Shown: positions 19,294-29,906 of the stretch, one piece after another
Layout: each line of letters begins with the position of its first letter
Position numbering within the stretch: position 1 is the first letter of the stretch
Assembly: GCA_965237675.1 (NCBI GenBank)
Contig: OZ250150.1
Location: forward strand, 5,248,001-5,312,000
Origin: Candidatus Latescibacterota bacterium
GTDB taxonomy: Bacteria > Latescibacterota > UBA2968 > GCA-2709665
Reading direction: 5' to 3'
DNA: 64,000 nucleotides
Notes under the pieces: model-generated
What the model saw: only the letters and a program-made list of their open reading frames with translations
What the model was told of the DNA's origin: nothing
Database searches by the model: none
Made by a program: the position numbers and the translations under genes

Positions 19294-20082
19294 TCAGACG
19301 GTTGTTGGCCTCAATGCATTCTCGCCAAAAACAACCGAGAAGGTGTCGCCACGTCCGGATGTTGTCGCCGCGTGCATGTAACAGATGCTGAACGCCCTGC
19401 GGGGAACGTCGGTATGATTGGTACCTGAGCTGTGCAGCAACCAGTTGTGCAAGAGTACCACTTCGCCCGCTTCGAGTTCCAGGTAAACGGGCTCTGCCTT
19501 CCGCGTCAGTTCGTGCGACTGCTCACCATTGAGAAAACCGCTCGCGTTTTCGGGGTTGACCAGACCCCATTTATGAGACCCGGGGATGATTCTGACGCAG
19601 CCATTTTCGACGGTTGCAGGATCTAAAGCCGTCCAGACGGTGATGAGCGGATCCCGGTCGAGGTCGGTCCAGCGGTCCTGGTGCCACGTGAGGTCGTGGC
19701 CTTGTCCGGCCGGTTTGTTCATGAACATGGCGCGGAAGCAGGCCACCGGGGCGTCCCGCCCGTAGGCCCTCTCGCAAATATTCCGAAAAAGCGGATGCTG
19801 CAGGTACGCGAGGAAGCGTTCGTCGAACTCCAGATCTTGAATCTTCCGATAATTCAACGTGGCGCCCTTGTGGCCCATGGTCTGAGGTCCCGGGCCATCG
19901 CGGCCTTCCACAACGTCCAGTTGCATCATCGTGCGGTTGTAATCAAGCGAAGCCGTACCGAGCATGATGGCGTCTATGCGTTGCCTGAGGGCTTCCACTT
20001 CGGTAACGCCCGCAACCCTCCCAAGTTGGAGATAGCCCGTGGCGTCAAATCGTGCCCACTGTTCGTCTATCAGGCGGTTCAT
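19294..20082 (-). CDS. Phytanoyl-CoA dioxygenase (PhyH) family Fe/2OG dioxygenase
   Basis: WHQD, TVWTALD..T.ENGC...IPGSH, LHSSGTN. Confidence 0.9.
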   Translation of the reverse strand: MNRLIDEQWARFDATGYLQLGRVAGVTEVEALRQRIDAIMLGTASLDYNRTMMQLDVVEGRDGPGPQTMGHKGATLNYRKIQDLEFDERFLAYLQHPLFRNICERAYGRDAPVACFRAMFMNKPAGQGHDLTWHQDRWTDLDRDPLITVWTALDPATVENGCVRIIPGSHKWGLVNPENASGFLNGEQSHELTRKAEPVYLELEAGEVVLLHNWLLHSSGTNHTDVPRRAFSICYMHAATTSGRGDTFSVVFGENALRPTTV

Positions 20083-20231
20083 ACAGCTTCTTTCGGCGAC
20101 GGCCGGGCGACGCCCGGCCGCTCAAAATGTGTCAAGTGCGTCGAACGGATTCTGGTTCGGTGATAGAGGGATGCCGGAATCAAGATAGTCAATACAGGTT
20201 CGTAGATCAAGTTCCCCTCCAGGAGCGACCC

Positions 20232-21203
20232 ATGGCGGTTACGGTGTTGTATCTCTCACGGCAGGACGTGGAAGCGGTGAATCTGTCGATGGCTGAGATC
20301 ATTGATGGGCTGGACCGGATGTTTGTGGAGAAAGGAGAGGGCAAGGTGGAAATGCCGCCCAAGCCCGGTATCCATACGCAGCCGGATGCATTCATTCATG
20401 CAATGCCGGCTTACATACCAAGCCTGGAATCGGCGGGGATGAAGTGGGTTTCGGGATATCCGACAAACCAGGCGAAGGGATTGCCGTACATCAGCGGGCT
20501 CCTGATACTGAACGATCCCGAAACGGGCATCCCCACGTGTGTGATGGATTGCACATGGATCACGGCGATGCGGACGGGAGCGGCAACGGCGGTTGCCGCG
20601 AAGTATCTGGCACGCAAGGATAGCTCGACGGTTGGCATTGTCGCCTGCGGAGTGCAGGGTCGCGGTAATCTGGAAGCGCTGTCGTGTGTTTTCGATATTG
20701 CGGAAGTCAAGGCGTATGATCTCTATCCTGAGCTTGCGGATCGATTCGCCGCGGAAATGGGGGCCCGCCTGGGGGTGCGGATCGAGCCGGTTCGCGAGGC
20801 TTCACGGGCTATCGAGGGGCTGGACATTGTGGTAACCAGCGGGCCAGTTCGGAAACATCCGGAACCGGTTGTAGGCAGCGGCTGGTTGGCGGAGGGATCG
20901 TTCGCCTGTCCCCTGGATTTCGATTCCTACTTTCGGGCCGATGCATTCCGCGAAGCGGACAAGCTGGCAAGCGACGATAAAGATCAGTTGAACTACTACC
21001 GGGAGACCGGTTATTTCAGCGATACGCCCGAGCCGTATGCCGACCTTGGTGAAATCGCGGCGGGGCTGAAACCCGGACGCGAGTCGGACACGGAGCGCAC
21101 GATTGCGATCAATCTGGGGCTGGGCCTGGAAGACATAGCCACTGCGATACTGGTTTACCGCCGTGCTGTGGAGCGGGAAATCGGGATGGTGTTACCGTTG
21201 TAA
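20232..21203 (+). CDS. Ornithine cyclodeaminase / alanine dehydrogenase (mu-crystallin) family
   Basis: MPPK, HAMPAY, GMKWVS, ITAMRTGA, GLGLEDIA. Confidence 0.88.
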   Translation: MAVTVLYLSRQDVEAVNLSMAEIIDGLDRMFVEKGEGKVEMPPKPGIHTQPDAFIHAMPAYIPSLESAGMKWVSGYPTNQAKGLPYISGLLILNDPETGIPTCVMDCTWITAMRTGAATAVAAKYLARKDSSTVGIVACGVQGRGNLEALSCVFDIAEVKAYDLYPELADRFAAEMGARLGVRIEPVREASRAIEGLDIVVTSGPVRKHPEPVVGSGWLAEGSFACPLDFDSYFRADAFREADKLASDDKDQLNYYRETGYFSDTPEPYADLGEIAAGLKPGRESDTERTIAINLGLGLEDIATAILVYRRAVEREIGMVLPL

Positions 21204-21267
21204 TTCAACTCCTTACCCGGCAGGCGTTGGGGTGAACACACGTCGTTGAAGTTGAATCAGCCGGCGA

Positions 21268-21528
21268 ATGCCGACGCGGGATGAATTACTGTATGCGTCC
21301 GGTGGAGGCGCCGTTGCGATTGAAGACAACGCGATCTATGAAGCGATGTTCGCACTCGGCAGAGACGGGGTATTCGCCGAGGCGTCTTCGGCAATGGTCC
21401 GGGCGGCGGCCGAACGTCTGGCCGATGCCGGCGCGTTTACGAGAGACGAGACGGTGGTGATGGTGGTTACCAGTACGGGGTTCAAGTCCAGTCGCGAGAT
21501 CGTGGAGCAAATCACGGCCAAGGGGTGA
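21268..21528 (+). pseudogene. C-terminal fragment of a threonine synthase-like PLP enzyme
   Basis: SGGGAVAIED..I..A...L.RDGVFAEASSA...VVMVVTSTGFK; the N-terminal domain with the PLP lysine is absent. Confidence 0.7.
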
Positions 21529-21546
21529 ATGCGGAAAGGAGGCGCA

Positions 21547-22668
21547 ATGATTCGTCAGACCGACAACCCGGAACAGATCGGGCTATCTGAAGAATGCATC
21601 CACGCGGCGTGCGGAATCCTCGAGGAGGCGGTGGTACGGGGAGAGTTAATGGGTGCCGCGATGCAGGTATCCCGGGGCGGCGGCGCCCTTCCGCCAGCGT
21701 GTTACGGACGCCGCACGCTGGGCCCCGAGGGCCCGCCGGTTGAGCCGGATACCGTATTTCTGATTGCGTCCATTACCAAGCCGATCGTGGCGGCCGCGGT
21801 TATGCTGCTCGTAGAGCGGGGCGAGGTCTGTTTGGACGACCCGGTCGCGGAGTTTGTACCCGAGTTCGGCCAGGCGGGCAAGGAAGCGGTGCAGGTGAGG
21901 CACTTGCTGACGCACACGTCCGGGCTGCCGGACATGCTGCCGGAGAATCTGGCATTGCGGGCCGGACACGCGCCGCTGGATGTCTTTATACAGCAGATCT
22001 GCAAGGTCAAGTTGCTATTTGAACCCGGCACGCGTATATCTTACCAGAGCTGCGGAATCGCAATGCTGGGCGAGATAGTACAGCGGGTTGAGGCGACGCC
22101 GATTCGGGTGTTTTTGAGACGATGGATTTTTGAACCGATGGGTCTCGAGAATACGTCACTGGGTCTTCGCAAACGGCACGGGCGAGAATCCGAAGTGAAG
22201 ATTCACAGCGGCGAGTACGGCGGAGCAGACGCCGTGTCATGGAACTGGAATTCGGATTACTGGAGAGGGTTCGGCGCGCCCTGGGGAGGGCTGTTAACGA
22301 CGACGGCGGAGATGACTTCGCTCTGTCAGGCCTTTCTGTACGACGGTGCGCTGAACGGAATCCGCATCCTGAACCGTGCAACGGTTGCCGCAATGACGAT
22401 GGATCAGACGTCGGCGATGCCGGGTTTGACGGAAGCGGATCGACTCAGGCAGCGGTGGGGGCTGGGATGGCGCCTGCGCGACCGTGTGAGTTCGATTTTC
22501 GGAGATTTGACTTCGGACGCCACCTTCGGGCACGAGGGGGCGACTGGCACCGTGGCATGGGTGGATCCGGAGACGGAAACGACCTGTGTGTTGTTTACCA
22601 ACGACCCGCACGGTGCGGTGTCTCTACGCCCCCGGGTGTGTAATGCGGTTGCGGCTGCGGTGATGTAG
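21547..22668 (+). CDS. Serine hydrolase, beta-lactamase family
   Basis: IASITK (SxxK), HLLTHTSGL, FEPGT..SYQS, FGHEGATG. Confidence 0.9.
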   Translation: MIRQTDNPEQIGLSEECIHAACGILEEAVVRGELMGAAMQVSRGGGALPPACYGRRTLGPEGPPVEPDTVFLIASITKPIVAAAVMLLVERGEVCLDDPVAEFVPEFGQAGKEAVQVRHLLTHTSGLPDMLPENLALRAGHAPLDVFIQQICKVKLLFEPGTRISYQSCGIAMLGEIVQRVEATPIRVFLRRWIFEPMGLENTSLGLRKRHGRESEVKIHSGEYGGADAVSWNWNSDYWRGFGAPWGGLLTTTAEMTSLCQAFLYDGALNGIRILNRATVAAMTMDQTSAMPGLTEADRLRQRWGLGWRLRDRVSSIFGDLTSDATFGHEGATGTVAWVDPETETTCVLFTNDPHGAVSLRPRVCNAVAAAVM

Positions 22669-22761
22669 GGTACGTCGCTTCCATAGCTCGAACGGATCGC
22701 ACCTGACACTTTTACGGCCCTCGAGATGCCCCGCTTTCGCCCCCGGTTGTGACGAGGATCC

Positions 22762-23732
22762 CTATCCTTCGACCTGAACGTTGCCGAACAGAGTGCTGAC
22801 GGACTCGTCGTTGTGGATGCGGCGGATGGCTTCTGCCAGAATGGTGGCAACGGAAAGTACTTTGATCTTTCCATTCTGAATCCCGTCCGGCACGGGGATG
22901 GAGTTTGAGACCACCAATTCGGTGAGAACGGAGTTCTCCACGCGCTCGACGGCGGGGCCGGCCAGCACCGCGTGGACGATTACGGCGCTGATGTCCAGGG
23001 CGCCATGTTCCTTGAGGACCACAGCGGCCTCAACAAGCGACCCGCCGGTGGAAATGAGATCGTCGATGATGACGACGTTCTTTCCCTCTACATCGCCGAT
23101 GACATTCAGGACTTCGGTTTCTGTACCGCTTGAGCGCCGTTTGTCTACAATGGCCAAAGGAGCATCCAGCAGTTCGGAATAGGCCCGGGTCATCTTGATG
23201 TTGCCCACGTCAGGCGTGACCGTCACGAGATTCTTCATGCCCTTTTCCATCAGATAGTTCCCGAAGACATTGATGGAGTAGAGGTGATCCATGGGGATGT
23301 CGAAGAATCCCTGGATCTGGTTGGAGTGCAAATCCAGGGAGAGGACCCGCCTGGCGCCGGCGGTAACGATGAGGTTGCCAATCAGTTTGGCGGTGATGGG
23401 CACCCTCGGCCTGTCTTTGCGGTCCTGCCGGGCATAACCGTAGTACGGGGCAGCACAGCGGTGATGCGTCTGGCGGAAGCGCGCCGGGCGGCGTCGATGA
23501 GGATCAGGATTTCCATCAGGGCGTCGTTGGGTGTGACTATCCCATTGCCGCAAACGGGCTGAACGATGTAGACGTCGTTACCACGAACGTTCTCGCGGAT
23601 CTGAACACTGGTTTCCCCTCCTGGAAAACTCGTGACCTCAGCCTCTCCCAGGTCGATATCGAGGTGTTGACAGATCTCCTTGGCGAGGGGTTTGTTGATG
23701 TTGCCGGTGATAACTTGAAAGTCGTAACCCAA
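22762..23732 (-). CDS. prs: Ribose-phosphate pyrophosphokinase, split by a frameshift near 23447
   Basis: N-terminal FPGGETSVQIRENVRG..DAARRASARRITAVLP in one frame, YYGYARQDRK..DLHSNQIQGFF..IIDDLISTGG in another; TTG start after AAGGAGG. Confidence 0.9.
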
Positions 23733-24031
23733 AACGTCAGCCTCCTTGGGGGAGTACATATCGCGGATTTGATGTGGTAATTCTGGAAAGAACGGGTGAA
23801 ATATAAAGACCGTCGGACCGAGGAGCAATTGAATTTGACAATGGAATGTGATTCGGATTGCGTTCGGCCCGTTGCCATGGCCCGTTTCAGCACGATACCG
23901 GTCGAGACCGGAATCCGTCTGCGGGTGCATCTTTGATTGACCTTCATCGCCACTTTCGTGCCGGAATCCCCGAAACCTCCGGCGTCTCCCGGCAAGCCCT
24001 TGAATTCGTGGAAATACAAATATAGAATCTC

Positions 24032-24760
24032 ATGTTGAACATCATCTACCAGGACGACCACTACGTCGCCGTTGACAAACCGAGCGGGATCTTCGTACAC
24101 CCCACACGGCTTGGTCCCCGGGAACCCGACTGCATGTCCAGGCTGCGCAGGCAGGTCGGTCGTTCCGTTTACACCATCCACCGGCTGGATCGCGCCACCT
24201 CTGGCGTCTTGCTCTTCGCCCTGAGTTCCGAGGCGGCCAAGAAAATGTGCCGGCTATTCGAGAATCGCCGCGTCCAAAAGGAATACCTGGCCGTGGTCCG
24301 CGGGTTCACACCGGACGCCGGACGGATCGACCACGCCCTTCGCGAACATAAGAACAAAGCTCCGGTGGAAGCCGTTACCGACTTCGTTCGGGAGGGGACG
24401 GCCGAACTTCTGGAATCCGTGGGCAGACACGCCACAGCCCGCTTTTCACTGGTTCGTGCCATTCCGAAGACCGGCCGGATGCACCAGATCCGAAAACACA
24501 TGGCCCACATCTCCCATCCTGTTCTCGGCGACACCAAGTATGGCGACGGCGCGCAGAACCGTTTCTTTCGTGCCAGGTTCGGGATGTACCGGCTGGCGCT
24601 CATGGCCGTCAGGCTCGCGTTTCTGCATCCATATACTCAGGAGGACACTGCCGTCATCGCGGACCCTCCGAAAGATGTCCAGGCGACATTCATGCGGTTA
24701 GGCTGGAATAAACCGTTACCACCCTTCCCTCATCCGCCTCTTGCATCCCGTACACTCTGA
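24032..24760 (+). CDS. truC: Pseudouridine synthase (RluA family, TruC-like)
   Basis: DKPSG..VH, HRLDRATSG, PKTGRMHQIRKH..HISHPVLGD..YGD. Confidence 0.8.
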   Translation: MLNIIYQDDHYVAVDKPSGIFVHPTRLGPREPDCMSRLRRQVGRSVYTIHRLDRATSGVLLFALSSEAAKKMCRLFENRRVQKEYLAVVRGFTPDAGRIDHALREHKNKAPVEAVTDFVREGTAELLESVGRHATARFSLVRAIPKTGRMHQIRKHMAHISHPVLGDTKYGDGAQNRFFRARFGMYRLALMAVRLAFLHPYTQEDTAVIADPPKDVQATFMRLGWNKPLPPFPHPPLASRTL

Positions 24761-25123
24761 GGCCGGCCAGTTACATCACCGCCAGCCCATCTGTAGATTC
24801 CGGGATACATCGATAGCGATCGATCCGCCAGCGGCAGCCTCACGGGTGCGCTGTTGCTGCGGGCCGATAGTCTGGCCGCTATGGCCACCTCCAGGGCCTC
24901 GCGCAAATCCTGGCCGGATATCCACGGCTCGCCCCGGCCTCGAACGGCCGACAGGAATGACCGGAGTGACCCCGTACCGCTCGCCCACCGCCTTGCGCCG
25001 CTCCGCGTTGACCTCCGCAATGGCCACGAGATCCGTATCCGGATAGGCGTTAAATGCTTCGGCGTAAATCTGTCCCATCCGACCACAGCCAATGACCCAC
25101 GCGCGGAATGGTTGATTGCTCAT
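24730..25123 (-). pseudogene. Gfo/Idh/MocA oxidoreductase with a large internal deletion
   Basis: N-terminus VIGCGRMG..YA.A....PDTDLVAIAE joined out of frame to C-terminus SGQDLREALEVAIAARLSA...PVRLPLADRSL. Confidence 0.7.
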
Positions 25124-25447
25124 CGCGCTCTCCGATCTGATGAACCCTTCTCCGAACCTTCGGACGACCCTGCTCTCACGGAAACCGTAACCTCCGATTG
25201 CACCGAGGTCCTCCGACATTTTTTTTCCCGATTCTGGCGGAAATCCAGTATAATTGTTAACAGGGACGACGGCCACACACCTGGAGCGCCGGGATTCCTT
25301 CACTGGCGTTTCCCGGCCATTGGAAACCGGTCTTGCCTTCCGCAGCGAAAATTGCGGAGCTCCCCGATGGCACGCACACCCACCGAACCTCGTACTCCGG
25401 CCCGGGGCAAAGGCCCACGATAAACAGCTGAAACCCGATCTCTACGC

Positions 25448-26401
25448 ATGTCCTCCACCCCGAACCACATCACACTGATCCGGAGCGGCGCCATCGGCGA
25501 CTTCGTACTCACCCTTCCTGCCGTGAGCGCTCTGTGCCGGGCTTACCCGCACGCGAGCCTGCGTCTTATCGGAAACCCGACAATTCTGAGCCTCGCTCCC
25601 GTCAGGAACCTGCTCGACATCAACAGCGCACACCTCGCCGGGCTATACAATCCCGAAGGCCCGGTTCCCCAACGCACCCGCGCTCTCTTCTCGAATGTCG
25701 ACCTGCTTCTCGCCTACGCCGTTGACCCCGATCGCAGCCTTCAATCCCGTACGGCGAAGATCGTTCGCGGACGTGCAATCGTATACGACCCCCGCCCGAC
25801 GGGAAGCATCCACATCACTGAACACCTCCTGGCTCCGCTGAGAAGGCTGTGTATTCACACGGCCGACCCGATCCCACGGATTCTCCTCCATCCGGACGAA
25901 TTGACCCTAGCCGACAACATCCTTCAGAAATACCGTGGGGCCGCCCCATGCGTCGCCATTCACCCGGGTAGCGGGGGTCGAAAAAAATGCTGGCCCCTAT
26001 CTTCCTATTTGAAGCTCGCCCGTAGACTCCGCGGCCGAGGCATTCACGCCGTGGCCTTTTGCGGCCCTGTCGAACTGGAAAGGGGCGACACGTTGAGCCC
26101 ACACCTTCCGTGCCTCTTTCCTCCGGACCTACGTACACTGGCCGGCCTTTTAAAAAGGGCTGACCTTTTCATTGGCAACGATTCCGGGCCGGGACACGTC
26201 GCAGCTGCAGTGGGCACGGCTACGCTCACGCTGTTTGGACCCACGGACGCCCGGACCTGGGCGCCGCGCCATCCCCTCGCCCGAGTACTCAAGGCCCCGG
26301 GCGGACACCTGCCTTCCCTCCCGGTCGAATCCGTCCTGCAGGCCGCGCTCGAACAGCTTGCGACGGTAACATCCCCGCCACCGGATTCGCACCGTCCGTA
26401 A
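25448..26401 (+). CDS. Glycosyltransferase family 9 (heptosyltransferase-like)
   Basis: GAIGDFVLTLP, IHPGSGG..KCWP, FIGNDSGPGHVAAA, LFGPT. Confidence 0.9.
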   Translation: MSSTPNHITLIRSGAIGDFVLTLPAVSALCRAYPHASLRLIGNPTILSLAPVRNLLDINSAHLAGLYNPEGPVPQRTRALFSNVDLLLAYAVDPDRSLQSRTAKIVRGRAIVYDPRPTGSIHITEHLLAPLRRLCIHTADPIPRILLHPDELTLADNILQKYRGAAPCVAIHPGSGGRKKCWPLSSYLKLARRLRGRGIHAVAFCGPVELERGDTLSPHLPCLFPPDLRTLAGLLKRADLFIGNDSGPGHVAAAVGTATLTLFGPTDARTWAPRHPLARVLKAPGGHLPSLPVESVLQAALEQLATVTSPPPDSHRP

Positions 26402-26444
26402 TCCGGTACCGACGTAATTCTTCCAACGGTTCACCGCATTGAAT

Positions 26445-26473
26445 TTGACAGCCTGAGACGAATGTGGCATATT
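26445..26473 (+). promoter_or_regulatory. Putative sigma70 promoter
   Basis: TTGACA-17 nt-CATATT upstream of the PhyH gene. Confidence 0.5.
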
Positions 26474-26543
26474 ACGGCTCCGCATCGAAAGTGTATTGAC
26501 GTCGACTTTTCGTGTCACACTCACCGAAAACATGGAGATTCGT

Positions 26544-27506
26544 ATGAGCGCTCTGCTCGACCTGACCTTTCGCGGGAATCCGCTGGTTGGATCCGATAAT
26601 GACGCCGGCGAGTTGAGGCGTTCGGACGACATTTCGCACGATCCTATCGCGCTGCACGCCCGCATGGCCGATGACGGGTACCTCTACCTGCCTGGACTCC
26701 TCGACCCCGAAGAAACGCTGGCGGCGCGCCTGGGAGTGATGGAACGCCTTGCCACGCTGGGCTCAGTGGATGAAACCCGTCCCCTGCTCGAGGGGAAATA
26801 CAAACCCGGCGGCGGGCTCGGCACCATGTTCGACTTCACACTCAACAATCCGGCACTGATGAAAATTCTCTACGACGGACCCATGATCCGGTTCTACGAA
26901 CGATTCCTGGGCGGTCCCGTCACCCATTTCGACTATACATGGTTTCGGGTCAAAGCCCCGGGGTCCGCGTCTCCCACCCAACCCCACTACGACGTGGTCT
27001 ACATGGGCCGCGGCACCCCCAACCTCTACACCTCCTGGACCCCGCTCGGCGACATACCCTTCGAAATGGGCGGCCTGATCATCCTGGAGAATTCCCACAA
27101 GAGCGAACGCCTTCGGCACACCTATGCGCGCACCGATGTAGACAAATATTGCGAGAACGAAAATCAGGCAAGACGGATCGTCGAAACCGCCAGGGTTCAA
27201 GAACGCGATCTCACCGGCAAAGAACAGTCCCGAATCCGCTGGAATTCCACCGGTTCGTATGCGTCCGACGCGATTCAGGCTCGAAAAGATCTGGGCGGCC
27301 GTTGGCTGACCGCGGACTACAGACTGGGCGACGTGCTCGTCTTCTCCATGCGCACGTTGCACGCCAGCTCCGACAACCACACTGACCGTATCCGCATCTC
27401 CTCAGACTCCCGTTATCAACTCGCCTCCGAACCGCAGGATGAACGCTGGATCGGAACCCGGCCGCCAGCGCACGGAATACGCGCGAAGCAGGGCATGATC
27501 TGTTGA
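26544..27506 (+). CDS. Phytanoyl-CoA dioxygenase family protein
   Basis: DGYLYL, PHYDVVYMGRGT (HxD), WTPLGD, LHASSDN, RISSDSRYQ. Confidence 0.85.
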   Translation: MSALLDLTFRGNPLVGSDNDAGELRRSDDISHDPIALHARMADDGYLYLPGLLDPEETLAARLGVMERLATLGSVDETRPLLEGKYKPGGGLGTMFDFTLNNPALMKILYDGPMIRFYERFLGGPVTHFDYTWFRVKAPGSASPTQPHYDVVYMGRGTPNLYTSWTPLGDIPFEMGGLIILENSHKSERLRHTYARTDVDKYCENENQARRIVETARVQERDLTGKEQSRIRWNSTGSYASDAIQARKDLGGRWLTADYRLGDVLVFSMRTLHASSDNHTDRIRISSDSRYQLASEPQDERWIGTRPPAHGIRAKQGMIC

Positions 27507-27590
27507 CACCGACAGGCTCGCGTCCAGAATTCCGTGGGCAAGTTCTCCCGAGCGAATGGTTGAAACCTACAAGGACCTGGCCCGTTTGTT

Positions 27591-29513
27591 TCAAAAACCG
27601 TCTTCCGCCCCCCGTTCGCGCATCTGCCGCACAAACGAATTCCCCGAATAGTCCCCGCGCACGGCCCTGAAATCGGCCTTCACTTCGTCCACCCCTCCGT
27701 CGGCGCCATATCCGATTGCCGCCGCACCGCCAAACTCCTTTTCCGCATCCGCCAGCACCTTTTTCGTAGACGAGGCGCGCGCCTTCCGGTACGTTGCTTT
27801 CAAACCCTCGATGTCCTCCTGCGTCAGTGCGTCCACGCTGGCGCCGGTACGGGCACGGAACGCCTGCCGCACCCACGCCCACTCGTCCCTGCCATACATC
27901 CCGTGGGCCGCCTCAAATGCCGCATTGAACGCCGCCACCGTGTCAATCCGTCCGGACACAATATCCGTTTCAATTTGCGCGAGCCGGGCCCCGGCAAGGA
28001 GCAAACCGCCCACATCCGCCCAACGTTCGTCGTATACCTCGCCTTCAACCGGACCCGGCGCCGTTCCCTTCGCCACTCGCTGAAGAATCTTTCCGATGAG
28101 GTACATCTCGATCGCCGCCCCGTAATTCCTGATGCCGTGACGCAAGACCAGCCGCCGGATTCTCACCCCGTTGTGACGCACAATTTCCACCTCTCGCGGC
28201 GTCTTGTCGTACAGCGCGTTCAGCAGCGCCTCTCCACGCATCATACGCTCAACCGTATAGGGACTGAACACCTCGAACCGGATCTGGTCGCGCTTTACCG
28301 AAGCCGTGCGCCGATCCCGATTTGGCCACTTCTCGCCATCGCGGACCGTGCCCACCGTATGCAGGTTCATTGCCGGCGTGAGAAAACTGGCGCCCTTTTC
28401 CTCTACGACGTAGGAAAACGGCAAATCCCGACTATCAAAATTTGTCATGTGCTTGCCGATTACCACAGAAAACGGCCCCACCGCGCTCGGCAGAAGCATA
28501 TAGGAAAACGATCCGGTCTTGCTGCCGCGTTCCAGCACACCCTGGTGCACGGGACCGAGCTTATACATGTGGTTACTCTGGTTGGTCCCGCTTCCGGCAT
28601 TGTAGAACGAATACAGCCCCGCGATCAGCAGCGTGCTCTTGTGGTGCGTCACCGTGTACGGGCCGCCGAACACCGCACAGGCTTCGCCGTTAAAACATTC
28701 TGAATTGGCGAAGAAGAGGGAATTCTCAGCCGAAAACTGCTTCCCGACCTCGACTCCCTGTCCGATAAAGCACCGGTTGAGAATCGCGCCACTCTCCACA
28801 CTGGAGCCCTCGGAAATAATGAAATCCTCGGCCGTAACGGAAGCGCCAACCCGTGTCTGCGCATCCGCCTCGCTCAGAACGGTTCCGTTTTTCAGCATGG
28901 CCGCCCCGGTGACCACCGCGCAGGAACCAATATTCACGTCCACAATCTCATTCACATGGGCGACGACCGCGCGTTCGCCAACCGTTCCCACATCCGACGT
29001 TATCTCAGCCACAAACGCGTCTACCATTGCCTGGAGACGGGGCGTCATCTCCTTCCGATACCGGTGCATACTCACCAGGTAGGCGAACTGGCTGGACATC
29101 TCGTTGAACATCGGCACCTCTCGCCCGCCTCCCTCGTTAACCGCTTCCACGACCACGCCATTACCGAATGTCGCACCGGCGCGCGTCGTCATCTGCCCCA
29201 CATCCGTTACGACTGCGCCTGTGCCAATCCGGTAATTCGCGAGATGGCTGCGCACCCGTGTCACCCGCACGTTATCCCCCAGTTCGCAATCTATCAGCGT
29301 GGCGTCCGAAATCTCCGCGGGCAAATCCACGCCAGCGAAGGACACGGTACCCCGCAGAGCGCCCATCTTGACCTGTCCGCCAAGAACGACATGCTTCACC
29401 CGATCCGGATCGAATCCCTGCTTCACTTCCACCTTCGACCAATCCGCGGACGCACACCCGTTCCGTTCCAGCACCGCGATTTCCGCCTCGGAAAGCGCAC
29501 GATACCCAGCCAT
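27591..29513 (-). CDS. DUF4954 family protein (left-handed beta-helix-like N-terminal half)
   Basis: YRALSEAEI..LE.NGC.S.DW, GPYTVTHHKSTLLIAG, NAGSGTNQSNHMYKLGPVHQG. Confidence 0.8.
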   Translation of the reverse strand: MAGYRALSEAEIAVLERNGCASADWSKVEVKQGFDPDRVKHVVLGGQVKMGALRGTVSFAGVDLPAEISDATLIDCELGDNVRVTRVRSHLANYRIGTGAVVTDVGQMTTRAGATFGNGVVVEAVNEGGGREVPMFNEMSSQFAYLVSMHRYRKEMTPRLQAMVDAFVAEITSDVGTVGERAVVAHVNEIVDVNIGSCAVVTGAAMLKNGTVLSEADAQTRVGASVTAEDFIISEGSSVESGAILNRCFIGQGVEVGKQFSAENSLFFANSECFNGEACAVFGGPYTVTHHKSTLLIAGLYSFYNAGSGTNQSNHMYKLGPVHQGVLERGSKTGSFSYMLLPSAVGPFSVVIGKHMTNFDSRDLPFSYVVEEKGASFLTPAMNLHTVGTVRDGEKWPNRDRRTASVKRDQIRFEVFSPYTVERMMRGEALLNALYDKTPREVEIVRHNGVRIRRLVLRHGIRNYGAAIEMYLIGKILQRVAKGTAPGPVEGEVYDERWADVGGLLLAGARLAQIETDIVSGRIDTVAAFNAAFEAAHGMYGRDEWAWVRQAFRARTGASVDALTQEDIEGLKATYRKARASSTKKVLADAEKEFGGAAAIGYGADGGVDEVKADFRAVRGDYSGNSFVRQMRERGAEDGF

Positions 29514-29906
29514 ATGTGATCTATCCTCCTTTCATGGTCCGATTCCGCGGCTCGTATCCCACAAAAAAACCAGTCATTACCGATTCAAGAGGGCGGGTAA
29601 GATATTCACGCCCGTGCCCGTCGGCAAGCAATTTCTAACGAATTCCCGGTGCGCTCCACCGCTCCATGTCGCCGGGCAAAACGCTTTACTTCAATCGTGC
29701 CTTTGGGTATATTAGTCTTCCTTCATTTTCCCCGCAAGTTCTCGAAACGGCGGTTTGCGGTTAACGGCCGTGGCGCCTGCACTCCTGGATTCAAACCGGT
29801 TTCGACGTGGGGAATCGATCGGTCCATTCAAACCTGCAATCGACATATGCCACTGTATTCCTGGAATCCCCGTCTTACCGGGAAAACACGAGTTGAAAGG
29901 GCGTAA

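Noticed and set aside
23760-24030. tRNA-Gln or spoVG, often found upstream of prs
   Set aside because: No cloverleaf, T-loop or SpoVG-like ORF was found.
29772-29826. glmS-ribozyme-like fragments (ggcgcctgcact...gacgtgg...atcgatcgg) upstream of nagB
   Set aside because: The core consensus is mismatched (no AGCGCC, GACGAGG or TCGGCGG), P1 is weak, and the regulatory logic is wrong for nagB. An Infernal search would settle it.
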